Shown piece after piece: positions 1-9,116 of a stretch of 64,000 bases of DNA. The position numbers and the translations under genes are program-made. The notes beneath the pieces were generated by a model, which had not been told where the DNA came from, searched no databases, and worked only from the letters and a program-made list of their open reading frames with translations. Source of the stretch: a virus. Lineage: Duplodnaviria; Caudoviricetes. Location: positions 121 to 64,120 of IMG/VR virus record IMGVR_UViG_3300017917_004093; one strand, written 5' to 3'. The first letter of the stretch is position 1, and every line of letters starts with the position of its first letter.

Positions 1-61
1 GTCGTAGAATGTTCTGACCTTGTGGTCAAACATTTTCATTTCGTTGGCAATATTTAGTTTA

Positions 62-325
62 TCACTCATACTCAATTATGACATCGTCGCCTTCGGGCCA
101 GGCTCTATATTTTCTTTTCATGTAGGCAGTGAGATGCTTTTGTCGCATGCCCAGCGCATTTGTAGTATGATTTTCAAATATACTGACCAGTTCGTATCCT
201 TCCACGCCGTATTCGTTGAGCTTTTCCGCAAACAACTGATCTTCGTTGTAAACAGCATCATAATCGCTTTTGACACATGTGTACTGCCATCTTGTGCGCT
301 TGGGATTTTCATTATACTTGTTCAT
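62..325 (-). CDS. small hypothetical protein, DUF4177-like
   Basis: WQY...EKLNEYGVEGYELVSI resembles the DUF4177 pattern; start moved to ATG 325 (MNKY). Confidence 0.5.
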   Translation of the reverse strand: MNKYNENPKRTRWQYTCVKSDYDAVYNEDQLFAEKLNEYGVEGYELVSIFENHTTNALGMRQKHLTAYMKRKYRAWPEGDDVIIEYE

Positions 326-560
326 GAGTTTTTCTAAGATTATACAGCACAAACAGTTTGTCCAACAACTCTTTCATGTCCTCATGCTGCTCACACATTA
401 TGAGAACTTGATTTATTTCGCTACGGTATATGTCCATTTCTGGACTAACTACGGTAGCATAGCCCACAATCTGCCGATCTGTTTTACCAAACTCACGGGC
501 ATACACACGGCCGCCTTCGCGTTCGTAAATGTAAGTGGCGCCTGGCTTAAGGGTTCCCAT
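312..560 (-). CDS. hypothetical protein
   Basis: MGTLKPGATYIYER... start at ATG 560; the longer 668 call overlaps the upstream small ORF. Confidence 0.6.
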   Translation of the reverse strand: MGTLKPGATYIYEREGGRVYAREFGKTDRQIVGYATVVSPEMDIYRSEINQVLIMCEQHEDMKELLDKLFVLYNLRKTHEQV

Positions 561-696
561 ACTTGTAACCGTATTGCAGATGTGCCCAGCGCAGAAATCT
601 TTCCAGCTGCTGCCTATCGTCGGGATAGCTTTCCAAATAGATTCTGACCAGTCGGTCAAAGGTTTCAAACATCTGCGGTTCTGAGTATTTGGTCAT
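547..696 (-). CDS. small hypothetical protein (49 aa, not in ORF track)
   Basis: MTKYSEPQMFETFDRLVRIYLESYPDDRQQLERFLRWAHLQYGYKYGNP; its ATG directly follows the TAA of 697..1197. Confidence 0.6.
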   Translation of the reverse strand: MTKYSEPQMFETFDRLVRIYLESYPDDRQQLERFLRWAHLQYGYKYGNP

Positions 697-1197
697 TTAC
701 CAGGCCTTGTTATAGTCCACAATCTCACAGTTGCGACTGATGTCTTTTACAAAGTAAATGCACTGTGGCTTTTTTCCGTCTGTGACGGGCACACACAGCA
801 TCTGTCCATTTTTAAGTTTAGGTGCATACCATGTGACTTCTTGATACACATCCACAATTTCAATGGGCGGGAAACTGGGTCTAAAACTGCTGAGAGGGTT
901 GAACTCAAACACTTTAAAACCTCGATCATTGATGGATGTAAGTGGCAACATTTCTAGATCGCCCAGATCGGGTTCTCCGATCAACACTTGCCAGTCCATG
1001 GGCATTTTGATTCGATGTTGCCCCACCTGCAATACCAGCGCCGGGGCAGTAAAGCTTTCAAGAAAAATCAAGGGAATGTATTGATAGTCTGGATCCGCAG
1101 GCGTGGAGTTGTCCAGTATGGCAAAACGCATGTCGTCGATTTCTTCGGGCAAGTGATCTAGGTCAAAGCTTTCATTGTCTAAAGTTAAAATTCTCAT
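697..1197 (-). CDS. conserved phage hypothetical protein
   Basis: 166 aa ORF downstream of uvsW with its own sigma70-like promoter. Confidence 0.75.
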   Translation of the reverse strand: MRILTLDNESFDLDHLPEEIDDMRFAILDNSTPADPDYQYIPLIFLESFTAPALVLQVGQHRIKMPMDWQVLIGEPDLGDLEMLPLTSINDRGFKVFEFNPLSSFRPSFPPIEIVDVYQEVTWYAPKLKNGQMLCVPVTDGKKPQCIYFVKDISRNCEIVDYNKAW

Positions 1198-1203
1198 ATT
1201 GTA

Positions 1204-1232
1204 ATTTTACTGTAGTTACATCAAGAAGTCAA
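1204..1232 (-). promoter_or_regulatory. sigma70-type promoter TTGACT-17-TAAAAT
   Basis: -35 at 1232-1227, -10 at 1209-1204, ATG 1197 lies 6 nt downstream. Confidence 0.65.
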
Positions 1233-1824
1233 CACTTTCTATTAGTGTTCTAGTCTCTTGTGCAAAGCGTTTCTGCCATTCTGGATCATCGGTATGGAAT
1301 CCTGGAGAGGCTTTCCATGCGGGATAAGTTGCAAGATTTGTGGGAGTCATTCTATATGAGAAATTTCCTAATATTTTTTGCACCCAAAAATTCTGTCTAG
1401 ACAAGTCATTAAACAGCAGATTTAATGTCCACGCATAGGGTATACGCTTGAACTCAAGCAAAGATAACAGCCCACAAACCACACTGCAATCTTTGATCAA
1501 CAACATATTTTCAGAACAATGTATTTTATACATGTCGGCCAACAGTTGTTGATCTGAAGATGCATGCACTGTGTTGGAGCCGGTAATCCACCCGGTTTTG
1601 TGTTCAAATTCTAATCTGTTGGGTTCAGTGAATCCTAGCACCACTGCATCAGGCTGTTGCTCCAGCCCCCGGTAGAACTGGTGAGTGATAATACCGTTGC
1701 TGGCGCCCGACACACTGTACATCAACACATTGTATTCAGGAAACATTTCGCTCCAGTGTTGATCCGGATAGTCTTCATCGGGATGCATAAAACTGTCGCC
1801 TACTACCAACAATTTTTTCTTCAC
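1216..1824 (-). CDS. SGNH/GDSL-like hypothetical protein
   Basis: VVGDSF, GASN and C-terminal GFHTD motifs; GTG 1824 overlaps the uvsW stop. Confidence 0.55.
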   Translation of the reverse strand: MKKKLLVVGDSFMHPDEDYPDQHWSEMFPEYNVLMYSVSGASNGIITHQFYRGLEQQPDAVVLGFTEPNRLEFEHKTGWITGSNTVHASSDQQLLADMYKIHCSENMLLIKDCSVVCGLLSLLEFKRIPYAWTLNLLFNDLSRQNFWVQKILGNFSYRMTPTNLATYPAWKASPGFHTDDPEWQKRFAQETRTLIESVDFLM

Positions 1825-3290
1825 TTGATGGTCATCCAGTCTAGCTTTTCTTGTGTGAATGGATAGTTGGCTTCTCGATAATAAGCTTTGCGTTTGGTCA
1901 GATGTCGCTTGGCAAACTTGCAGGTAGAAGTAACATCCCAAATTTGAACATGGTCTTTGTCTTCGGCCTTGCGAATTCCGCGACCGATACTTTGTATTAC
2001 TCTAACAAAACTTTTTCCAGGTTCTACCAAAACCAAGTTAAAGATTCTGGGTATGTTGATGCCCACAGCAGCCACACCGTAAGTGGCCACGATGATTTTG
2101 TCTGTGGCTTCTGCAATTGAATCATATTCTTCCTGCCTGTCTTTGGCCTTGGTTGACCCACTTACAAACACAGCACCATCGCCTAGTCGTTGTATCAATG
2201 CTTGTCCTGCTGAAATACGATCTACCAGTACCAAGGTATTGCCAGTTTCGTTGACTTGGCGTACCAGTTTTGCAATTGTGTCCAGACGCCCCGACTCTTC
2301 CAACAAGTATTTGAGCTCGCTTTGATAGTCCTTGTATTCAACATGGTCTTGCAATTGCACAATGTTCACATGGCAATTGGCCAGCACACCCTGTTGTTGC
2401 AGCTCGTTGGCCGACAGTTTGCCGATAACAGGACCCAAGCTTACCAACAATGCTTGGCTTTCGAACTTTTCTTTGGGTATAGTACCTGTGAGTCCCCAGC
2501 GGATCGGAATCTTGGCCATAACTCCGGTCAGCAAGGTTTTCAGTGCATCAGCTTTGGCCATGTGCACTTCGTCTACCATGACGCACACCACATCTTCAAT
2601 AAAGTCTTGTATGGTAATGTCGGCTGTGCCCGACTTGGTGTTTTTCAACAGCACGTTCAAGCTTTGCCAGGTGCAAATAGTGTGCTGGTGCCCGTGTTCT
2701 TTGCGGTCGCCAAAATACACACCCACATCCAAGCCCACATTGCGATAGTCTTTTTCTGTTTGGGTAACCAAACTTTTGTTGGGCACAATCACAATTGATC
2801 GACCATGAGCTTGCACTGCCGCACTCAGGGTAGCAGTCATAATGGTTTTACCTGCACCTGTGGCCACTTCCTGAATGCACTGCGGATTTTGCAAAAAGTT
2901 GTTGACAATTTCCACTTGATAATCGCGCAGCATGATGGATTCACCTTCAGCAGGGTGACCTTTGGGCCATGATCGGTGTGCCCAGCTGTGTTCTTCTACC
3001 TGTTGAAATTCAAATGAAGTAGAATAATCTCGTTGATCATCTATTTCAATGTCATAGTTCATACGCTCCAACAGCGGCACAATTTCTGGCAGTAAATTTG
3101 TGTAGGTACTGCCGCCCAGTTGAAAATAGCTTACTTTGCCATCCCAACGCCCCAGTCTCACAGCGGGAAGATATCTTGCATAAGGTACATCGTATTTGAA
3201 TGCATTGACCAAGGCACGGCGTGCATCTAGATCAAGACCATCTAGCTTGATGTTGACTTCATCGCGAATTACTATAGTTGCTTGTTTCAT
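1821..3290 (-). CDS. uvsW: UvsW-like superfamily 2 DNA helicase
   Basis: LRDYQ, ATGAGKT Walker A, DEVH, TGT, QSIGRGIR motif VI. Confidence 0.9.
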   Translation of the reverse strand: MKQATIVIRDEVNIKLDGLDLDARRALVNAFKYDVPYARYLPAVRLGRWDGKVSYFQLGGSTYTNLLPEIVPLLERMNYDIEIDDQRDYSTSFEFQQVEEHSWAHRSWPKGHPAEGESIMLRDYQVEIVNNFLQNPQCIQEVATGAGKTIMTATLSAAVQAHGRSIVIVPNKSLVTQTEKDYRNVGLDVGVYFGDRKEHGHQHTICTWQSLNVLLKNTKSGTADITIQDFIEDVVCVMVDEVHMAKADALKTLLTGVMAKIPIRWGLTGTIPKEKFESQALLVSLGPVIGKLSANELQQQGVLANCHVNIVQLQDHVEYKDYQSELKYLLEESGRLDTIAKLVRQVNETGNTLVLVDRISAGQALIQRLGDGAVFVSGSTKAKDRQEEYDSIAEATDKIIVATYGVAAVGINIPRIFNLVLVEPGKSFVRVIQSIGRGIRKAEDKDHVQIWDVTSTCKFAKRHLTKRKAYYREANYPFTQEKLDWMTIK

Positions 3291-4144
3291 TGAAAAAATT
3301 TGACCTGCTGAACCCACTGTCGTTTGGTAATCTCAAACAATAACTTTTCCCGATCTCCGTTGAACTCCAAATCGGCCACTGGAAACCTCAGTGGTTGTGC
3401 CTTGATATTATACACACTTGTGATGCCATGTGCAACAAAAAATTCACGATGTTGGTCAATATAATGCTGTACAGTTCCATATACTTCGCTCAGATCTCTA
3501 TCGTAAAACTGAACATTGAAGTCGGCACTGTAGTAACCAAATGGTTTAAAAGCATCATCACCGATGTATTGATCGTTGTCGTGTGCTAGATCTTCTGCTG
3601 TTTTACCAATTTCACAATAGTTAAGATACACAGTACCAAAAGAAATTTGAGAATCTCCATACATGCCCTGTAATTCAGGAGTCAGCTGATGAGTTTTAGG
3701 CATACCAAACCATGTGCAAACAAATCTAGGCCTCGAACCTGCTGCTACACTTTCACATCTGTGCACAGCTAAATTTAATTCTGCCAAGGCCTGTTTAACA
3801 CTTTGTGGTGCCCGTTGCCAATAATCACTGTTTTGCTGATCCAACAAACCGTGATAGCGTTCAAAAATGTTGTGCAAGTAGTTCAAACAGTCTTGTGTAT
3901 AATCAAATGGTCTTTCTATGATAGGTTCCCAAGCATTAATGGTCGAAATGCACTGTTGAATATCAGACACTGCACGTTCACGTTGAGTTATCAAAGAACC
4001 AAATCCGTAGAATCTGTTGGGGTGATCCAATGGCCAAGTCAAACGTTCATGCATGCGTTGAGACCATAGTTCGGCCATGGGTGTGTTTCTTACACGAAAA
4101 TTCAGTGTGATTGGGTCCTGTTGGCCCAGGGTAATCTCTAGCAT
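3287..4144 (-). CDS. hypothetical protein, paralog of 15799..16614
   Basis: shared blocks LNYLHNIFE, LNLAVHRCE, GTVYLNYCEIGK, YYSAD. Confidence 0.75.
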   Translation of the reverse strand: MLEITLGQQDPITLNFRVRNTPMAELWSQRMHERLTWPLDHPNRFYGFGSLITQRERAVSDIQQCISTINAWEPIIERPFDYTQDCLNYLHNIFERYHGLLDQQNSDYWQRAPQSVKQALAELNLAVHRCESVAAGSRPRFVCTWFGMPKTHQLTPELQGMYGDSQISFGTVYLNYCEIGKTAEDLAHDNDQYIGDDAFKPFGYYSADFNVQFYDRDLSEVYGTVQHYIDQHREFFVAHGITSVYNIKAQPLRFPVADLEFNGDREKLLFEITKRQWVQQVKFFQ

Positions 4145-4150
4145 GATAGC

Positions 4151-4179
4151 AATATATACTTACCGTTGTATAAAGTCAA
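4151..4179 (-). promoter_or_regulatory. sigma70-type promoter TTGACT-17-TATATT
   Basis: -35 at 4179-4174, -10 at 4156-4151, ATG 4144 lies 6 nt downstream. Confidence 0.55.
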
Positions 4180-4203
4180 AAAAACAGGCACCGAAGTGCC
4201 TGT
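4178..4203 (-). terminator. intrinsic terminator with UUCG loop
   Basis: ACAGGCAC-TTCG-GTGCCTGT followed by a T tract on the minus strand. Confidence 0.85.
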
Positions 4204-4236
4204 GTAAAGAATTGCCGAAGCAATCCAGGAGCTAAC

Positions 4237-4392
4237 TTATTTGCCGCAAATTTTTAAAATGTCGTCTGCTGATCTACCAGTCCATGAATAACCGATCTTG
4301 CATTGAGCTTTTTGATATTCGGTAACTGCAATGCCCACAAACATAAATGACAGCACAGTTACACTTCCAATAACAATCCATTTGAGTTCCAT
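4237..4392 (-). CDS. small membrane protein (51 aa, not in ORF track)
   Basis: MELKWIVIGSVTVLSFMFVGIAVTEYQKAQCKIGYSWTGRSADDILKICGK; one hydrophobic helix; TAATG overlap with the upstream ORF. Confidence 0.6.
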   Translation of the reverse strand: MELKWIVIGSVTVLSFMFVGIAVTEYQKAQCKIGYSWTGRSADDILKICGK

Positions 4393-4493
4393 TATTTGGC
4401 CTTTACCACAGTGAAGCCTTGATCTGAATATATGTCCGCTTCGTTCTTGTCACACAAAAACAAAAACACTTCACCGTCCCAAACTTGATACAT
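4392..4493 (-). CDS. small hypothetical protein (33 aa, not in ORF track)
   Basis: MYQVWDGEVFLFLCDKNEADIYSDQGFTVVKAK with AAGGA SD upstream. Confidence 0.5.
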   Translation of the reverse strand: MYQVWDGEVFLFLCDKNEADIYSDQGFTVVKAK

Positions 4494-4501
4494 GATATTC
4501 C

Positions 4502-4843
4502 TTACTTTTTCAACACTTCAAAAGTATGACCGTATTCGGCCAGAAACTTGTCATACAGCACACTTACACCTGCCACAACATAAAAAGCCAGTACAACACT
4601 CACTGACAACACATAAGCACCTTGATTTGATCCAGTGGGCGAAATGTCCTTTTCGTTGATTAGCAACACAATTGCTGTGCCCAGGGCCGAAAAAAATGCG
4701 CTGGCTAGTGCAACAAATACAGCAACATTGAAATCGCCAGCAATCATTTGCTTGGTAGATGCAAACATTCCGGTGCCGCGGCCAAAAATTTTGGCAAAAA
4801 TCCAAGCAACAAATTTACCGTAAATTTTAATGCGTTGAACCAT
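4502..4843 (-). CDS. hypothetical membrane protein
   Basis: two hydrophobic segments; AAGGAG SD. Confidence 0.65.
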   Translation of the reverse strand: MVQRIKIYGKFVAWIFAKIFGRGTGMFASTKQMIAGDFNVAVFVALASAFFSALGTAIVLLINEKDISPTGSNQGAYVLSVSVVLAFYVVAGVSVLYDKFLAEYGHTFEVLKK

Positions 4844-4852
4844 GATCTCTCC

Positions 4853-5878
4853 TTAGGCTGCAGACTTCATGCAAGTGGTTTCTGCCAGACGCTTCCAGTT
4901 AGTAACACTGAGCTTGCGCAGATCTGCAATCTTCAGCGCCATGCGCAGACTCATTTCACGCAGGCGATTCTGATTGGTGTTCATGAAGTCAATGATTTCG
5001 TCTTGCACTTCGGGCGCAAAGTCGTAGTCTGCAAACAGCACGCCGTCTTTGGCAATCTGCTTGATACGCAGAATCTTGTCACGCATGGTGTCTAGCGTAA
5101 GGTCAAGATAGTGACAACGGCTCTGCAGAGCGTCAAGGTGATCGCGCAGCTTCTGCGACTTCATCTTGTCGAACTTCAAGTTGGTAATGAAGATCACTGA
5201 GCCTTTGAACTCGAAGCTGTCGGGAATGCCTTCTTGGCGCAAAATGCGGCTGTCAGCAAGCCAGGAAATCTTGCGCTTCTTGCCCGAGTCCAGTGCACCC
5301 TTCAGCAGGTTCAGTGCCACATCGTCCAACAGAATTGAATCGCAGTCGTCAAACACAACCACGCAGTTGGCGTCAGAGTATTTGTACAGAGTTTGATACA
5401 GGCCAATGGGAGTGGCCGAACCTTTGACAACTTCTGCACGAAGTCGCTTGCCAGCAATCTTGTCAAACATGCAGGCTTTGTCAATTTCTTGCTCAACGCC
5501 GTAGCTCTTGCCCACACCAGGGGGTCCCGACACAATCATGGCACGAATGTCGCCACTCACACAGGCCTTGCTCATCTCAGTGAGAATGTCGAATCGTTCA
5601 CGAATACGGTCCATGGCCTGTTCTTCAGTTTCAGCAACAGGGGCGGTGCGCTCTAGTTTGACTACGTTATCTTGATGCATGGCAGTAGTATACTCGATGT
5701 CAGAAATGCTGTCAACTCGCACTCGAATGGTAGGAGGACAATTGGGGAACACACCGTTGTTGGCAACGGTAACATAGTTACCACGAGCACCAGACTGAAA
5801 GCCTGACACCAAAGTAAACACTTGATCGGCAACAGGCTTGTTACGATACTCGCCTCGCAGCACACGAATTTGACTCAT
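4853..5878 (-). CDS. P-loop (AAA+-like) ATPase of unknown function
   Basis: GPPGVGKS Walker A, VVVFDDCD Walker B, IFITN sensor, ALQSR arginine-finger-like; GGAG SD before ATG 5878. Confidence 0.8.
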   Translation of the reverse strand: MSQIRVLRGEYRNKPVADQVFTLVSGFQSGARGNYVTVANNGVFPNCPPTIRVRVDSISDIEYTTAMHQDNVVKLERTAPVAETEEQAMDRIRERFDILTEMSKACVSGDIRAMIVSGPPGVGKSYGVEQEIDKACMFDKIAGKRLRAEVVKGSATPIGLYQTLYKYSDANCVVVFDDCDSILLDDVALNLLKGALDSGKKRKISWLADSRILRQEGIPDSFEFKGSVIFITNLKFDKMKSQKLRDHLDALQSRCHYLDLTLDTMRDKILRIKQIAKDGVLFADYDFAPEVQDEIIDFMNTNQNRLREMSLRMALKIADLRKLSVTNWKRLAETTCMKSAA

Positions 5879-5923
5879 TGTTAGCTCCAAAAAATGTTGA
5901 TGAAGTTTTGTTGTTATGAGTGT

Positions 5924-5952
5924 ATTGTAGCAAATCAGCGATAATTGGTCAA
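5924..5952 (-). promoter_or_regulatory. strong early sigma70-type promoter TTGACC-17-TACAAT with TGn extension
   Basis: -35 at 5952-5947, -10 at 5929-5924. Confidence 0.75.
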
Positions 5953-6002
5953 TATAATACTAGAGTACTACTATGTAATACACTAGTATTATGTTTGACA
6001 AT

Positions 6003-6030
6003 AAAAAATGGCTCCTAAGGGAGCCATTTT
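6003..6030. terminator. intrinsic terminator (possibly bidirectional)
   Basis: AAAATGGCTCC-TAAG-GGAGCCATTTT downstream of 6055..6699. Confidence 0.75.
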
Positions 6031-6054
6031 ATGGATTTACAATTGTTAGTACTA

Positions 6055-6699
6055 TTAAACAAAACTTGCGGCTGCAAAATCAAAATTCAGTGTGTCACCG
6101 GTTTGTAAAGTCCACCACCATGTGCCGGGCCACGAGGTTCTATCTGGAGTCACCGGAGTTCCGTTCAGCACAACATTGGTTCTAGGATCTGGGGACAGAT
6201 TTTGAAAATTGTCAGCAGAACCATCAATAAGGGGTAGACAATTGTGGGCAGCACTCAAACTTTTTCTTTGTTCGTTTGTGGTAGATGGATCCAAAAACAA
6301 AGCTTCATCTGCAGCACTAAACGGTGGCACAGCACGGGCTGCATACACAGCATATCGTTGCTCCAGTGTGATACTGGAGCCGGTCAAGAAGTCGAATTCT
6401 TCAGTGGTGTAGATGGGGTTACGACGTTTTATCCAATTTGCGGTATGATTTGCAAATATCACGGTGCCATTGGTCACAGAGTAACTCATGGATTTGTTGC
6501 CCACAAAATCCATTGGTATTGCAAATGAACACAAATTGGCTACCTGTGAATTGAGATCGGGATCAGGCAAGCTGGGCACAGGATGTGCCTGTGTAGGTAC
6601 TGTGCCGCTGAATACTGTGACACCGTCCAGTGTTACCGTGATAGCAGCATCGGTTTCGCCGTAGGCCAGACCTTTGATATTGACAGTTCTGTTGCTCAT
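6055..6699 (-). CDS. hypothetical protein, probably late/virion-associated
   Basis: 214 aa, beta-rich; TAAATA at 6725-6720 and GAGG SD upstream. Confidence 0.65.
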   Translation of the reverse strand: MSNRTVNIKGLAYGETDAAITVTLDGVTVFSGTVPTQAHPVPSLPDPDLNSQVANLCSFAIPMDFVGNKSMSYSVTNGTVIFANHTANWIKRRNPIYTTEEFDFLTGSSITLEQRYAVYAARAVPPFSAADEALFLDPSTTNEQRKSLSAAHNCLPLIDGSADNFQNLSPDPRTNVVLNGTPVTPDRTSWPGTWWWTLQTGDTLNFDFAAASFV

Positions 6700-6725
6700 T
6701 TTTCAAACCCTCTTTGTTTTATTTA

Positions 6726-7487
6726 TCATCTCCAGTGCTGTACAATCACAGGGTCTGCCAATGAGTCGGGCTTGGGCTGTCCGTGAAAAACCAAAATACT
6801 GGCACAATTCAACGCAGTACCAGTGTTGGGATTCATGTGTTTTCTTTGCCTAAAATCCCAGCCACCATCCAAACATTCCCATTTCCAACTTCGCACTAAT
6901 CTTTCATTGAAAAAACGGCGTCGAGTTTGATCAATTGTGTGGCTCAAAAAGTCCTGGTCTCCGGGATATTGTTTTTGCAATAACGCAAAATTTTGTTTGC
7001 TAAAGGTTTGCCATACATCACTGAATGAGTTGGTATTCCACCACATCACACTGCTGTTGATTCCTGTGTGTTGTGGTCGCCACAAGTATTTGAAATCTTT
7101 GGGCGCCCATAGGTACTGCATGGGCAAATGTGTAATCCAATCTATATTGTCAGTGATCACAGTGTCCAAGTCAAAATACAGCAAAGGACCAGCATGATGT
7201 GCCGGATCAAATAATTGCAGTTTGTACCACCAACCTTTTTTGGCTCCGCTTACACCCATGTCTTTTAATTCGTGTTTGATCATGTGGGAGGGCACTTTTC
7301 TGTCATGTTCTGTATAAACGTGCATTACAATGCCCTGCGAAAGATGCCGCGACAACATGTTGTAGAGTTTTTCTACATAAACCCAACTGTATAAAGTTCC
7401 GTGGATCAAGCAGGCACAGTGAATTGGGCCCTGAGGTGGCCTTCCTTGTTCTGTTATCTGACTTACAATTCTAGCCTTTTTGCCCAT
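6726..7487 (-). CDS. GT-A fold glycosyltransferase (GT8-like)
   Basis: YFDLD DxD motif, INSSVM, GDQD, VFHGQPKP. Confidence 0.7.
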   Translation of the reverse strand: MGKKARIVSQITEQGRPPQGPIHCACLIHGTLYSWVYVEKLYNMLSRHLSQGIVMHVYTEHDRKVPSHMIKHELKDMGVSGAKKGWWYKLQLFDPAHHAGPLLYFDLDTVITDNIDWITHLPMQYLWAPKDFKYLWRPQHTGINSSVMWWNTNSFSDVWQTFSKQNFALLQKQYPGDQDFLSHTIDQTRRRFFNERLVRSWKWECLDGGWDFRQRKHMNPNTGTALNCASILVFHGQPKPDSLADPVIVQHWR

Positions 7488-8299
7488 ATGCCTTGCTTGA
7501 TTTCCTCAACTGTGTATTCGGTGTGACTGATTTCTACCAGCCAACGATCTAGATCTACTGTCCATGGTTGATCAACGCGATCAATGGACACAGGATGTGC
7601 CAAACTGGATCGGTGTGTAATTGGCGGTATACCAACAATGGCAGCACTGATCCCTGGGCCCGAACTGTAATTTATCACAGCATCAAAATCCAAATTTAAA
7701 TCAAAGTCGAAACTGTCGTAGGTGCCAACCATCTTTTTTGGTTCTTGCCACAACACTGTGGCCGGAAAGCGGTCACGATCAAGTCGGCATCTTGGGTGAC
7801 TGCGCACCACTATGGTTTTGTCTGATTGTTGCTGCACTAGATTGATTTGTTGAATAAGCCAACTTTCTTGGTCCACATTTTGTAACTGCAAACTTTGTTT
7901 GTGCTGCCCTGCCACAAGAACGCGACCGTGATTCAATTGAGCATGTCGTCTTTGTATGCCTAATTTTTTTGGTCTATCCCAGTCTAAATTCTTTTGATGA
8001 CCATAATAGCCTTCAGCATTGATGTTGTTGACGGCAACTTTCCAAGTATGTCCTCGAATCAAAGTGCCTACATCTAACACAATCACTGGTTTGTTTTGAC
8101 CACGATAGTGATTGTACACCTGTCGATTGGCCATCATGCGACCATTCCACAACACAGACCAAATCACTGCTGCATCAGCTGACAAAGAATCTTGAATACA
8201 CTGTATACCCAGAGCCTGGCAGCTGTCTAAAAATGCAGACATAGGTTCAACAGAATTTCTTGCACAAGCAGAAGGAAAATAGGCTATGTTATTGATCAC
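7463..8299 (-). CDS. capsule-polysaccharide synthesis (KpsS/KpsC-like) GT-B protein
   Basis: VVRSHP and INYSSGPGISAAIVGIP motifs; GTG 8299 follows the minus-strand TAAATA. Confidence 0.55.
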   Translation of the reverse strand: MINNIAYFPSACARNSVEPMSAFLDSCQALGIQCIQDSLSADAAVIWSVLWNGRMMANRQVYNHYRGQNKPVIVLDVGTLIRGHTWKVAVNNINAEGYYGHQKNLDWDRPKKLGIQRRHAQLNHGRVLVAGQHKQSLQLQNVDQESWLIQQINLVQQQSDKTIVVRSHPRCRLDRDRFPATVLWQEPKKMVGTYDSFDFDLNLDFDAVINYSSGPGISAAIVGIPPITHRSSLAHPVSIDRVDQPWTVDLDRWLVEISHTEYTVEEIKQGIWAKRLEL

Positions 8300-8309
8300 T
8301 AAATATTTA
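8300..8309. promoter_or_regulatory. palindromic bidirectional late-type promoter TAAATATTTA
   Basis: perfect palindrome giving TAAATA on both strands, between divergent starts 8299 (-) and 8313 (+). Confidence 0.6.
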
Positions 8310-8312
8310 ATC

Positions 8313-9116
8313 ATGATTATCCCCCAACTACAAGGATCCTTGGACCAGGCCAATTTTTTTGTCTATGCAGCAGCAGACTCAGTTTATTTTGATGCATATG
8401 GCCGAGCACTGATCAACAGTGTGTGCCGAAATACCAGTTTTGGTGTGCATCTACATCTTTACAATCCGTCAAAAGCTCAAATTGAATTTTGTCAACAACA
8501 ACCTCGTGTGAGTGTTACATGGGAAAATTTTCAGCCGGGTCAATTTGACAGTGCTATAGAATTTTGGAATCAAGAGAATTTGCCCGAACCCTATCTTTCA
8601 CGCAGAAACAAAATGCTGGGCATCAAGGTAGTGGACAAGAGCTTGCCGCAGCAGGAAAACGTCCGTAATTGGTTGTACAAGACCTACTATGCTTGTGCAA
8701 GATTTGTACGACTATCTCAAATGCTTACTGCACCTACAAGTTTGCTTTGCATAGATGTTGATGGACTGGTTCGTGCCCCGTTTGTGTATGAGTTCAACGA
8801 CGGCAAGGACTTTTATTTGCATGAAAAAGACAAAGGCGGGCACTTGGCAGGAGCTGTGCTGACCAATACCAGTAGCAACAGTTTGCGTTTTATTCAACAA
8901 CTGGGTCAAGAAATTGAAGCAGAGATAGTCAAAGACAACATTTTTTGGTTTTTAGATCAATGGATATTGGATCGTGTGGTTACACAATACAACAAAGGAT
9001 ATTTGCCCATGAGCTACATAGACTGGCACATGCAACCAAACAGTGCAATTTGGAGTGCCAAGGGCAAACGCAAAGAGCTAGAAGTTTTCAAACGGGAATT
9101 GATCAGATATCAGTGA
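8313..9116 (+). CDS. putative glycosyltransferase (nucleotide-diphospho-sugar transferase-like)
   Basis: YYACARF, CIDVDGLV DxD, WFLDQ. Confidence 0.55.
   Translation: MIIPQLQGSLDQANFFVYAAADSVYFDAYGRALINSVCRNTSFGVHLHLYNPSKAQIEFCQQQPRVSVTWENFQPGQFDSAIEFWNQENLPEPYLSRRNKMLGIKVVDKSLPQQENVRNWLYKTYYACARFVRLSQMLTAPTSLLCIDVDGLVRAPFVYEFNDGKDFYLHEKDKGGHLAGAVLTNTSSNSLRFIQQLGQEIEAEIVKDNIFWFLDQWILDRVVTQYNKGYLPMSYIDWHMQPNSAIWSAKGKRKELEVFKRELIRYQ

Noticed and set aside
560-668. N-terminal extension of ORF 312..668
   Set aside because: Overlaps a better-supported 49 aa ORF (547..696) coupled to the upstream gene
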